Below are positions 1 to 11,371 of a stretch of 46,749 bases of DNA, one piece after another. Numbering within the stretch: position 1 is the stretch's first letter; the number at the start of each line of letters is the position of its first letter. The notes under the pieces were generated by a model, which was given only the letters and a program-made list of their open reading frames with translations, did no database searches and had not been told where the DNA came from. The stretch lies in the NCBI RefSeq assembly GCF_001194135.2, contig NC_068993.1, forward strand, positions 24,382,612-24,429,360, given 5' to 3'. Source of the stretch: Octopus bimaculoides. Its lineage: Eukaryota. Position numbers and translations under genes: made by a program.

Positions 1-69
<69 letters not shown>
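1..69. repeat. (TTA)n microsatellite
   Basis: Pure TTA tandem array running off the window start. Confidence 0.97.
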
Positions 70-71
<2 letters not shown>

Positions 72-162
72 TAGTTTTATTTTTATAACGTACTTTCACT
101 TCACTACCGAGCGCAGCTCTGTGCGCCTTGGGTATGTGCTGTGGTTTGCTGTGGTGCTCTTA

Positions 163-203
<41 letters not shown>

Positions 204-270
204 TCACTGCCTGGAATCAAACTCGGAATCTTAGGGTTAGTAGCCCGCGCTCTTAACCACTACGCCATAT
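70..270 (-). mobile_element. tRNA-derived SINE head plus (TAA)n and a LINE-like 3' tail
   Basis: Minus strand reads ATATGGCGTAGTGGTTAAGAGCGCGGGCTACTAACCCTAAGATTCCGAGTTTGATTCC (pol III A box TGGCGTAGTGG, B box GAGTTTGATTCC), then (TAA)n, then a ~95-bp unique segment ending AAAATAAAACTACTG(AAT)n. Confidence 0.6.
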
Positions 271-299
271 GGAGTTAATTTTAGGGCTTATAAATCTAA

Positions 300-1400
300 T
301 ATTCTCCTATCCTTCCTTAATACCGGTTCCCATATGCTGTTCATATCTGCACTCTGTCTACTTAGGAGTTGTTGAGTCCTAGCATATGTGCTGCTTCTTT
401 TAGTTTTCGTATTTTCCAATGGTGTCTTCTGTCAACTATTTTACCGTCATCCCACAGGGAGAAGTGGTTTCCATTTTTCCAAACAGGATCAGCTATACCC
501 GATTTATCAATATCTCCATCAATATCTCCCCGTGTCACAGCTTTGCGATGTTCCTCTACCCTTATTTTAAGGGGGCGGCATGTATTGCCTTTGTATAACC
601 TACCACAGCTGCACGGGATGGAGTACACGCAGTTCTTGGTCATATTCTCTTCTATTGGTAGTTTTACTCGAAGGAGATATTTGCGAAGTGATGTATTCCT
701 CTTGAACACTGTCCTGATGTCATATGGGCCGCATATCTTTTGTATCTTTTAGGAGAAGCCTTTCACATAGGGTAGACAGAGTATGGACAGTTTATCGGTT
801 TCATCCTCTCTTTTCTTCACAATTGGAGTGGAGAGTATGCTTTTGGGGTAGTTGTTGCTTAATAGATTGTTACTGAGCTTGATCATTTCTTCGTGGTGGG
901 TTTCACGATCGCTACTTATATTCATTGTTCGGTGTTTTAGGCACTGAGCAGTCCCTCTCTTTAAACTGTATGGATGGTGAGAGTTGAAGTTGACGTATAG
1001 TCCAGTGAAGGTCGGCTTGCGGTATACGGATGTCCTGAATCCATACTTGGTGCGTGTTATTAATACGTCTAGGAATGCTAGCTGATTGCCTTTTCTTTTT
1101 CCATTGTGAACTGTATGGATGGCATTATTGAGTTCACATGGACATCTTCCTGGTGGAGCCAGAGTATGAAGGTGTCATCAACATATCGCAGCCATAGGGT
1201 TGGTTTCAGTGGTGTTGGTCCTAAAGCCAAATTCTCAAAATATTCCATGTATATATTGCCTATTATCGGTGATAATGGCGAACACATAGCTGAATCTTCC
1301 CTTGTCGATGTATATCAGTGTCCATACAGAAGTAGGTAGTTTCTGCACAGAAGGTCAGCATTTCCATCAAGTTTCCTAGTGGTACACTAGTGCGATCTTT
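300..1400 (-). mobile_element. Penelope-like retroelement, 5'-truncated and frameshifted (RT C-terminal half plus GIY-YIG endonuclease)
   Basis: RT motifs [13 protein letters not shown] and WLRYVDDTF (1078-1287); LAFLDVLI..TSVYRKPTFTGLYVNFNSHHP (~970-1085); GIY-YIG-type VYSIPCSCGRLYKGNTCRPLKIRVEEH (362-709). Confidence 0.92.
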
Positions 1401-1415
1401 ATTAGGCTTCATACA

Positions 1416-1428
1416 GACACACAGACAC

Positions 1429-1522
<94 letters not shown>

Positions 1523-1535
1523 TGATTGATTGATT

Positions 1536-1594
<59 letters not shown>

Positions 1595-1602
1595 GGATAG
1601 AT
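1416..1602. repeat. (GACA)n/(GATA)n compound microsatellite
   Basis: Tetranucleotide tandem arrays read directly. Confidence 0.95.
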
Positions 1603-1775
1603 GTATCAATACATATTCAGATACATAAACAAACACACAAATGTATATATATATACAGTACTTATCTTCCTGAAACGGCTATCGAGTTAAGAAATAAAGT
1701 ATCCTCTTAACATTCTGTATTTTTATGCTCTATGTATATCTATATATGTACATGAGTATATATACATAGAGCATA

Positions 1776-2233
1776 NNNNNNNNNNNNNNNNNNNNNNNNN
1801 NNNNNNNNNNNNNNNNNNNNNNNNNNNNNNNNNNNNNNNNNNNNNNNNNNNNNNNNNNNNNNNNNNNNNNNNNNNNNNNNNNNNNNNNNNNNNNNNNNNN
1901 NNNNNNNNNNNNNNNNNNNNNNNNNNNNNNNNNNNNNNNNNNNNNNNNNNNNNNNNNNNNNNNNNNNNNNNNNNNNNNNNNNNNNNNNNNNNNNNNNNNN
2001 NNNNNNNNNNNNNNNNNNNNNNNNNNNNNNNNNNNNNNNNNNNNNNNNNNNNNNNNNNNNNNNNNNNNNNNNNNNNNNNNNNNNNNNNNNNNNNNNNNNN
2101 NNNNNNNNNNNNNNNNNNNNNNNNNNNNNNNNNNNNNNNNNNNNNNNNNNNNNNNNNNNNNNNNNNNNNNNNNNNNNNNNNNNNNNNNNNNNNNNNNNNN
2201 NNNNNNNNNNNNNNNNNNNNNNNNNNNNNNNNN
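1776..2233. other. Assembly gap; other gaps at 8456-8465, 11758-11767, 12490-12865, 14604-15330, 19353-19385, 26003-26197, 26585-26594
   Basis: Runs of N, mostly flanked by microsatellites. Confidence 0.99.
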
Positions 2234-2336
2234 TATACACAATTGTATATCTTTATTATAATGGCTCTAAAATATTCTTAAATCCTGTAAAACAAATCTT
2301 CTGTGTGTTTTCATCTTATCTCTTTCTCCTTATATA

Positions 2337-2339
<3 letters not shown>

Positions 2340-2382
<43 letters not shown>
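2340..2382. repeat. (TG)n microsatellite
   Basis: Pure TG run abutting the 3' end of the adjacent SINE. Confidence 0.95.
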
Positions 2383-2385
<3 letters not shown>

Positions 2386-2725
2386 GGGTAAAGATCCCCT
2401 TAAATCATGAATGACCATGGAATGCACTTAGAAAGTTCCCGTCCGTGGCACAAGTCTGGACAAGGTTGTTTATGGAAGACTAGCAGTTCCCCATGCTTAC
2501 CAGCCTTCCCTCTCAACACCACCGATGTTATCCAAAGGAAAGGCAAATGCCGATATAGCTTGTTACCACTGACGTAACGACTCATTTCTGCAGCTGAGTA
2601 TACTGAAGCTACTTAACATTAAGTGTGTTGCTCAAAAACACAACACAAAGCTCGGTCCGGGAATTGAATTCACTGTCACATGATTGTAAGCCCGACGCTC
2701 TGACCACTGTGTCATGCGCCTTCAC
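2383..2725 (-). mobile_element. tRNA-derived SINE (Octopus-type family)
   Basis: Minus-strand head GGCGCATGACACAGTGGTCAGAGC...GAATTCAATTCCCGG with A/B-box remnants; central ACTCAGCTGCAGAAATGAG; 3' end GGGGATCTTTACCCTT followed by (CA)n. Confidence 0.75.
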
Positions 2726-2818
2726 TGTATGTATGTATGTGTTGTGTCGAAGCCCCCAGGCGAAGAAGTAGGATCTCCCAAGACATATAAATAGAGGTAG
2801 TCTGGCCGTGGTAGCGTG

Positions 2819-2860
2819 TTGAGTAGCAGTCGAGTAGTCGAGTAGCAGTCGAGTAGTGAT
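2819..2860. repeat. Short GAGTAG(CA)GTC tandem array
   Basis: gagtagcagtc-gagtagtc-gagtagcagtc-gagtagt, alternating 11- and 8-bp units. Confidence 0.7.
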
Positions 2861-2907
2861 CATCCGAAGGTGCTAGATAGCAGTAGCGTTGAGACATAAC
2901 AGTATAC

Positions 2908-3275
2908 ATATAGGCTTAGGAGTGGTTGTGTGGTAACAAGTTTGCTTCCCAACCACATGGTTCAGCGTTCAGTCTTACTGCGTGGCACCTTGAGCAAGTG
3001 CCGACCAAAGCATTGTGAGTGGATTTGGCTGATGGAAAGTGAAAAAAGCTCGTCGTATATGTGTGTGTGTTTCTTCCCCACCATTACTATCACTTGACAA
3101 CCGATGTTGATGCGTTTACATCACCATAACTTAGCGGTTCAGCAAAAGAGACTCGATAGAATAAGTTCTAGGCTTACAAAGAACAAGTCCTGGGGTCGAT
3201 CTATTCGTCTAAAAAGGCGGCGCTCCAGCATGGCTGCAGTCAAATGACTGAAATAAATAAAAGAGTAAAAGAATA
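2908..3275 (+). mobile_element. Composite tRNA-derived SINE (Octopus OK-like), full length
   Basis: Head GGAGTGGTTGTGTGGTAAC...GGTTCAGCGTTCAGTC; internal (TG)n; 3' module TTGACAACCGATG...CTCCAGCATGGCTGCAGTCAAATGACTGAAA. Homologous minus-strand copies at 20823-21237 and 24355-24570. Confidence 0.85.
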
Positions 3276-3755
3276 CGTGTTTATCTTTCTGAATCTACGC
3301 AGATACTTTTGTCTCCGTGTGTGTGTGTGTGCGTGTGTGTGTGTGGGGGGGGGGTGTGATTAGAACCAGCTCCACTCGAGCACGTGTCCATGAATGTCCT
3401 CTTATCTCCAGCAAATAAGCCTTTCCTTTTCCTAATTGACTTGTTAATTTGGGAAAATTCTTGCAGCTGGTCATAATTACTATTTGGTAATAATAATACA
3501 TCCTCTACAGTCAGTGGTAATTTTGATGAATCAGGAATTCCATGTCGTATGTTAACATATCCATATTTGTCTTTGTTGTACAAATAAGTAACACTGGCTA
3601 GTCCGAATTATATCTCTTTCATTTTCGTTTGAATTATGAAATTTTTTATTCCAGAACTTCGTTATACTTTTTTTTTTGTATATGTACATATATAAATGCT
3701 TGTGCGTATATCTCTGCATATAAATGTACACATATATGTATCCTTACATATTCTA

Positions 3756-3796
<41 letters not shown>

Positions 3797-6596
3797 TGTG
3801 TGTGTGTGTGTGTGTATGTGTGTGCTCCCATAAAAGTTGCATACCTCTAAGCATGCTTCAGCAAACGTCCTCTTGGTTTCATTCTGTTTGGTTCTAACAC
3901 AATCATAGCCTTCCGCAGTGTAGATTAGAAGAAATTACATCAACTTCGTCATTACAAAGATGTGAAGTGGTACATCAGTAGAAAAACTCCCTTTTCCCTT
4001 CACAACACAGTTTGAAAAGTATGATTGATTCTTATTTCCCTCACAATAAAGTTTTCTAATGTTTTCCTACATATTTATATAGGTGTATGTATGTCAATAT
4101 ATTCCACTTGACCGGAATCTTTCTGATTTGGCGGACACCATTTGTTTTCTAACGAAACAATTTCAAACTTGGGACACTGGTAAAATGTGTCATATAAAAC
4201 ATCTTTTACTCTTAGTGTTGTTGAGAAAAGTTTATATTTTTAAAGTTATTTCGTGCTAAAGTTGTCGTATTTCGATAATTTCAACCAATCACTGACGTCT
4301 ATTGAGTTGAAAACAATTACTGCTGCGGTTTGTCAACAACACGTTGTGGCAGTGTAATGGGATCTTTTCCCTTGAATAAAATTACTGCCGTTGTTTTATG
4401 TATCTTGACCATACTATACTGATGATCAAAACTTACATATTGTTGTAATAACTGCGAAATCGATTCGATATATAGTTCACTCTGTTTTTAAGAGGCTAAT
4501 TTGGAGAGTTGCATTTTCCTCGCGCCCGGTAAAAATGTGTTTATTATGGTAGTTTAGCGTGAGGCATTATTGTATAATAATGCCCTTATATATATATATA
4601 TATTATTACAATTAAAAGGGTAAAGGATTATCAATTTATTAATAAATTAATAATTAATCATTTTTACCAAGCCCTATATATATATGTACATGTATATATG
4701 TATGCATGTATGTATGTATTTATGTATGTATGTATGAATGTATGTATGTATGTATATGTATATGTATATATATATATACACACACACGAAATATACAAAG
4801 AGTTTTCGTAGGGCTGACCCAAGCTAATAGATATGCATTGAAAGAAAGTTTTCTTATACCTAAGGGCGTAGCTTAAATTGTGCATTATTCTGAACAAACT
4901 TTTGCATTTTGCATTAATGCAGACATGGAAGTAATTTATCTATTATTAAAAATAATAATTTAAACTATTTACATGTTTTCAAGTTACGAAACAATGTGTC
5001 GTAATATTTAATTCTTTGTTTTTATTAAATTCAATTTCATCAAGCTATTTCTCTGTCATTTATGATTTACAGATATATCACTGTATCGACCAGATAATCG
5101 GATGATGTTATTCACCGATGTTGACAGTGCGTTTTCTCGCATTTCTTTTATCCCTCCGATGATTGTTACCGCACTGGCTAGGGGACCAAGCTATGTCTAT
5201 ATACGTGTATGTGTGTGTTTGTGTATGTGTATGTAGTGAGTGTATGTATGTGTATGTATGTGTGTGTGTGTATGTGTATGTTTGTGTGACCTGACTCCCA
5301 TAATTCCAAGACTAAGTTGACAGGTTGTAAAAGCCGTTACAATGTTGGCTATATTGCCTCACAGAATTTGTTCTGACAGTGCGATCAGAGTGTGTTGGTT
5401 ACTTTGTCATATCAATCCTGGCACTTAGCATTCTGACAGGAGGCACGCGATGACAATGAAGTCAAACCTCATCATCACGCAACCTTTTCTTTGATTAAAA
5501 ATCAGTGGCGTGCAGTAAGGAGATTAACGTGCATGTGCAGCTACCAGTTTTGCTCAAATGGTTTTAGCCAGGTTTACACATACAGTAGACGTTTGAGCAA
5601 CCTTCACCGAAAGCGGCTCTAGTAGTGATCCTGAGATTAAGAAACTATTCTAAGACTATGATTAGGCATTGTATAAATATATAAGCATGAAACAATTGGG
5701 CAGACATTTCAATGCCAATAAATGTTATTCTGTGATACACACGCGCGCGCGCGCGCACGCACACACACAACCACATGCAATCACACACACACATATACAT
5801 ATCATCTATGTATATATGTATGGTGACTGTAACATACAAACCCAAAGTACTAGTAGTGTAAAGAGAGATAGTTATCTCATAGATTATATACCTGTTTACC
5901 TCTTACTTCACCTCACAATCCTCCTCTTCATCTCTTTACTCCCTCCCTCTCTCTTTCTCTCTCACTCACTCACGCTCATTTTATATCTAATGTTTTTCTT
6001 TTCGCTTTCCGAAGAAAACAAATCTTGTTCAGTGGATATCTTACGAAACGGAGTTATTCCTAACAGGATTTGCAACTTTATGATGATATAATGTATTCAG
6101 GAGTAGTAGTATGAGTCGTAATGAAGACGACAGTAATGCTTAATTATAGTGGATTTTTGGCAGAGGTATTTTCTCATTGCACAACTGAAATTATATTTAT
6201 CAACGAAGCAATTTCTTTTGCTACTGATATAGAAAAAATAAAAAGTTTGTCAGTAGAAGGAAACCCCTGTGAGAATCTGGGTGATGTTTTTAACAGTTCC
6301 TCACGCTGCAATAGATACATCCGAATCACGATTGAAAATCTCGGAAAACATCACAAACAGCCTCAGGAAATATATTCCTATCGATAACGTTTTCCGTTGA
6401 TATTTTGTTTTTATGCCCTATTAACAGGGTTTTTTTTTATCTGTATATGTATTTTTACACAAAAACTTACATAAATGTGATACAAGCATAAATATTTTAA
6501 TATATATCTGCGTGTAAATAAATATCTCTATGTATGCATGTATGTATACACACATACATACTTGTTTGTATATATGTAAATATGCATGTATGTATA

Positions 6597-6646
<50 letters not shown>

Positions 6647-7854
6647 CATACATGCATACATACATAAACACAAATACATAAACATATATATGTGTCTGTG
6701 TATGTATGTATTTACTCATGTCTATGTTTGGGTGGTTAACTGCGTGAAAGTTTGCAATTTTATGTCTTTATATGTAGATACATGGGCGTATATGCATATG
6801 TGCGTGTGTTGCAATGAGTATATATGTCAGTATATATGTATATTACAGTGTGTACGATTGTATTTTAGAAACATTGGTTTCATGCTTTTCCGCGTAGGAT
6901 TGTAAATATGCGGTTTGTTGTATGAAGATATTTCTATTCTTAAAGGTAATGTTTGTACATTTGCATATATGCATATTTGTTTTTATGTTGTAATTTACGC
7001 TTGTGCATATAGATATATAATTCATTTTCAGTATATTTGAATGTTTGATCGCTTGTGGGTGTGTTTAAACAAACACATACAAAATCGATATGGAAACAGA
7101 TTAGAAAGACATTCAATAAAAAAAATGCAAACGTGTAAGCTCGCTTTAAGTATATATAAATGCGGCATATGTTTAGTATATATTTGTGTTTGTGTATATG
7201 TGATTTTACCTCTCTCAATAAACTTCAGTATAAAGATTAGATAGAACACGCACACGCACGCATGCATACACACGTACGCACACACGCGCGCGCAAACACT
7301 CTCCCACATTATATAAAAGTTGGTACATATTGTACCTATATAATTTTTTTTTCTAGAGCAAAAATCACAAAGTAAAGTATAACCTATCAGCTAGTAGCTA
7401 GTGACTCTATGCTACGCACCCTCAAATATTTTGCCCAACGCAGAAAAGTTAAATGTTACATAATGTTAATCAACTTACAAGAACAAGATAAAATATCACA
7501 GGCGTTTCAAAGATTCAACGAATAGTTGATTCTCTATTTCAAATTCTGCAAATAGTCGTATACAATGAGACAATGATTACACACAGCGAATAAGCAAAGA
7601 AGCAAAAGATTTTGCCAATTTATATGAAGCATGATATGCGAATATTTTCAAGTTGAAAATGCTGAATATTTTCCTCGGAGGAAAGAGCGGCGTGGCTAGT
7701 CTTCGGCCACTGGAGTCCGAATGAGAGTTCGAGTGAAGAGAATCAATGTTTATTACTTGACGTTAGTCTGCAATTGGTCGAGAAAAGTCACACAGTACTG
7801 GTGTCGGTAAATTCAGCAACAGCAGTTAGATGGAGAATACCGAATGGTGAATGG

Positions 7855-7917
7855 GAAATCGACCGCGTGGTAAGCATGAAATCGACCGCGTGGTAAGCAT
7901 GAAATCGACCGCGTGGT
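7855..7917. repeat. 23-bp tandem repeat, 2.7 copies
   Basis: GAAATCGACCGCGTGGTAAGCAT at 7855-7877 and 7878-7900, partial copy 7901-7917, followed by a diverged GATATCGGTCGTGTGGT. Confidence 0.9.
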
Positions 7918-7997
7918 GGACAAGATATCGGTCGTGTGGTTCGGGGAGGTAGGAAGGGGTGGTAGATGTGTGGGTATATATGTATATATAAGGATCC

Positions 7998-8300
7998 TGC
8001 CTCTCAAAGGTTGTAGTGTACAAAGCCACCCTTAAACCATCCGATGGCATTACTAGGTATTACGTGGGCATGACAGCCAATAACTTCAATGGAAGATATT
8101 CCCAGCACTTCTATTCATTTAGATCCAGAGACAGAGAGAACTCCACCTCCCCGTAACGCTTTCTCTGGAGACTACGTAACCTCCACGACAAAATACCCAG
8201 CGTCAAGCGGACTATTATTAACAGGGCGTTATCATATTCACCTGGCGCCCCTAATTGCCAGTTGTGCCTCCACGAAAACTTCAAGTTAGACTTCATTTAT
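7998..8300 (+). mobile_element. Penelope-like element GIY-YIG endonuclease fragment (second, distinct lineage)
   Basis: Frame from 7998: CLSKVVVYKATLKPSDGITRYYVGMTANNFNGRYSQHFYSF...*RFLWRLRNLHDKIPSVKRTIINRALSYSPGAPNCQLCLHE. Shows VVY-YVG, R..H and a terminal CxxCxxE; one in-frame stop at 8154-8156. Confidence 0.8.
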
Positions 8301-8465
8301 CTCGCTCGCCTTACATCATTTTCGTACCAAGGAGAAATGCTTTTGTCTTATTTAAAAATAGCCATTCAACATGCATGCAGTTATGTTTTTTAACTGCTCT
8401 TCTTCCCCTCTCTATATCTTCACACAGACACATATATATATACATACACATATATNNNNNNNNNN

Positions 8466-8514
<49 letters not shown>

Positions 8515-9732
8515 CAATTTGCCGCTATCGACTCAGCGACAGATTAGAAGCGTGTTCGAATATGAACGAAGAAGCGTGGCTTCTTCCCTTTCTTTTACTA
8601 TTTTAATATATATATAAGAAATAGGTTTAGAATAATGGTAATTCCTTTATTTGAGCAAATTTGGCTTACGACTGTTTCCAGTAATCATTACTGATAGGCT
8701 TACTCAATTGGTCTATAAGTTATCCAAAAGCCGTGGAGTCTTGTTGCATATATGTCTATACCTTCAAAGTTTGTCCGGTGATGCAAACTTTTGATAATAA
8801 ACACGTGAGACAATTTTAAGCAGTCAGTACATTAAGCCGTGAGTGCAAGTGAAAGATATCAACTTCACAACTAAATTGAGCAAAGTATTTTATCAACCGA
8901 GTGCACTTGAGATTTAGAAAAAAGGAGGGGTGGAGACAATGTTGTAAGAGCAGAATTTTAAAGTAGCGGTCTGGATTTTGTTAGTGAGTTTGCAGTTTGT
9001 ATGTGGAGGAAGACGAAAATCAGTCAATGCTATACAAAATATAATATTGAGAGAAAGAGAGGAGACAGAGACAGAGAGAAAAAGAATGCGGCAAGTAAGT
9101 GACAAGGATTGTACACGGCAATAAGTATGCTTGATCGTTTGAGCAGAGAAAATAATCAAATATATGTGAACAAAGAAGCATATATGTGTGAGCTTATAGT
9201 TAGAAAATGTTGTAAATCAACTGTTGTAAATGTGCGTACGTCTGCCAGTTAGCTGGGTGTCAGAAAAGTTAATTGATTATTGATTTTAATGAAAGCAAAC
9301 ATCTTCAACTAGATAATCAATCACTTTCTGAATTAGTCGGATGATGTGGTACGAGGTATTAGATAATTCCACAGACAGGAAGGCGGTGGTGAGACATACC
9401 ATGGAAGTTCTAATAGTGAGCTACCGGTTCAACGAGTCTTTAATCCATCATGCAATATAATAAGGTGACAGCTGGAAAGTCTTCACTCATCAGTTATGAC
9501 ATGGTAGCAGATAAAAGTGTTTCTTCTCTCCAGTTAGCAAAATCTCGTTTTGATTACACATTATCACAAGCATTATATCATGAGTTTTATACGGCTTAGA
9601 ACAAAAGATGCTTTTGTTGTTAGAACAGAACTTGTTTTGATCTCACAAACCTTAGATACGTACAGCTTTGATAATAGAGTTATAACAAAAGACACCAATA
9701 CCGGGGTATGGGATTTGAGAGATTGGACGCAC

Positions 9733-9844
9733 CTGTGTATGAAGGGAACGTGACATGAACAGAGGTATATGGAGATTAAATGCAAAGCTAATAAGGGCTT
9801 CGATTGATTGCTGAGTCAATGCAGATAACTTCCAATGCAGATAA
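9733..9844 (-). CDS. Candidate exon of an unrecognised host gene
   Basis: Acceptor cattcattctcAG, donor CAG|GTGCGT; 112 bp, phase 2 to 0, open as YLHWKLSALTQQSIEALISFAFNLHIPLFMSRSLHTQ. No homology recognised. Confidence 0.35.
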
Positions 9845-10079
9845 CTGAGAATGAATGTTAATATTTTGTCAATAGCGCAATCTCTCTTGTTTCCACAGTT
9901 CGTAAATTCACTCCCAGTTCATCATTTACTTGGACTATAGGGCTGATATGGAACTGATACAAGCTTGACACACGAATACTTTGAGTTCAGAATAAATAGG
10001 GGATAGTTACTGAGAAAGGGAAATTTATTCAACATACTAATATTCCTACTTCCTAAGTTGTTCACAGTACGTAACTTAC

Positions 10080-10120
10080 CGTTGTAATACATTTATAGTT
10101 GAGGACACAGTCTCTCTTAT
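10080..10120 (-). CDS. Candidate exon of an unrecognised host gene
   Basis: Acceptor ttttctaattacatctaacaAG, donor ACG|GTAAGT; 41 bp, IRETVSSTINVLQ(R); phase matches both neighbouring candidates. Confidence 0.35.
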
Positions 10121-10504
10121 CTTGTTAGATGTAATTAGAAAATACAAAATATTTTTGAAGTTGCAAGTTCAGCTCTTCATCATGTACTCATTACAATCCG
10201 AGCTAGATACTAGCTCGGATTGTAAGCCCTTGAAAAAATCAAGCTAATTCTTGAAAAATGCCGAATGTGCATACATTAAGATGAAGCTGAAGGTGATGTT
10301 CTTCTATATATCGATTATAATGTACCTACGGACAAAACGTACGAATTCAAGACACACATAACGCTCCGTACAATAAAGATATAGAAATAACATGAAGAAG
10401 ACCCAGTCACTGATTACAAAATGCGAAATTTAACAATTGTACCAACAGTTCCCAAAATGTTTTATAACATTATCTGGAGCTCATTCAAAATTTCATCAAC
10501 TTAC

Positions 10505-10561
10505 TTCTGCAAGTGGATAGACCAAATATGTGTATATACGACCTCGATTGTAATAAACACA
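10505..10561 (-). CDS. Candidate exon of an unrecognised host gene
   Basis: Strong donor GAA|GTAAGT, weak acceptor (aataataaAG); 57 bp, CVYYNRGRIYTYLVYPLAE. The 5' boundary is uncertain. Confidence 0.25.
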
Positions 10562-10917
10562 CTTTATTATTAGTTAATGTACAAAATATTTATACGAATA
10601 TGTCCTTGAATAGCAAATATTGAGGTGAAGTTAGTTATCGAAGGAAAACAAGTTGATGCCAAACTTAGTGACGATTGAATTTTTCCTTCATGGTGTCACA
10701 TTGCACGTAGCTGTTTATGTTAATTATTATTGTATCTATTTATCATCCAATGAGACACATTTGCACCGTTGGAGGCTTCTGAACCAGTTGTTAAGTGTCC
10801 CATCCGTGAGAGATCGATGCTAGATATATCGAAACAATTATCATGATCAATAAGAATTCCTGCATATTCCATTTTCCGTCTTTCATTTACCATATATATA
10901 TATATATATATATATAT

Positions 10918-11371
10918 AATTCAAAATTACGATAAACGTAAACAAACAAACGAAGTTTGCATTTAGAAGCGTTGAGATGTCTTAAAGAGTTAAAGAAGTG
11001 ATTTTAAATTCTCAAACGCAGGATAATGCTAATAATATAGCCTGAACAGGATAAACTACCCCTATTTTTGCAGAAAAAAAGTGTGGGCGCCCAGCCATGA
11101 GACTCGAACTCACACCTCCGTGATTACGCGTCACGGTGCTCTCGACCATTTGAGCTAAATTTCCCAACCACAATTTTTTCTGCAAATTTAAGATGTATAG
11201 AAATCTCGCTTTATGAGACGCTATCATATGTTAAATTCAAATTACGATAAACGTAAACAAACAAACGAAGTTTGCTTTTAGAAGCGTTGAGATGTCTTAG
11301 AAGCGTTGTTTAGAAGATGTTTAGAAAGTTAAAGAAGTGATTTTAAATTCTCAAACGCAGAATAATGCTAA
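10918..11371. repeat. ~115-bp direct repeat pair (10918-11032 and 11234-11371)
   Basis: Both copies read aattcaaa(a)ttacgataaacgtaaacaaacaaacgaagtttgc..tagaagcgttgagatgtctta...ttctcaaacgcag.ataatgctaa; the second has an internal expansion. Confidence 0.9.
11093..11165 (-). pseudogene. tRNA-like sequence (pseudo-tRNA or SINE head)
   Basis: GGGAAATTTAGCTCAAATGGTCGAGAGCACCGTGACGCGTAATCACGGAGGTGTGAGTTCGAGTCTCAT: D-stem GCTC/GAGC, stem CCGTGA/TCACGG with a 7-nt loop, T-arm GTGAG-TTCGAGT-CTCAT; the acceptor stem does not pair. Confidence 0.7.

Noticed and set aside
2740-2900. Possible Penelope-type terminal segment between two SINEs
   Set aside because: No hammerhead core or coding remnant is readable; only a short tandem array is supported.
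3281-3583. Protein-like minus-strand ORF (YNKDKYGYVNIRHGIPDSSKLPLTVEDVLL...)
   Set aside because: No recognisable motif, no convincing splice sites, and it runs into a microsatellite; kept only as a possible target for a homology search.
4080-4590. Interspersed-repeat-like segment, possibly Helitron-related
   Set aside because: It looks familiar, but I could not identify termini, hairpin or TSD, and there is no second copy in the window.
5072-5125. Possible plus-strand exon (ISLYRPDNRMMLFTDVD)
   Set aside because: Isolated, with no phase-linked neighbour, and on the opposite strand to the better candidates.
6121-6387. 88-aa ORF
   Set aside because: No motif or splice support; the length is compatible with chance.
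7855-7917. 23-bp repeats as a CRISPR array
   Set aside because: The units are contiguous with no spacers, there are no cas genes, and the context is eukaryotic.
11093-11165. Functional tRNA-Thr(CGT)
   Set aside because: The acceptor stem is unpaired, position 33 is G instead of U, and the anticodon stem is 6 bp; treated as tRNA-derived.
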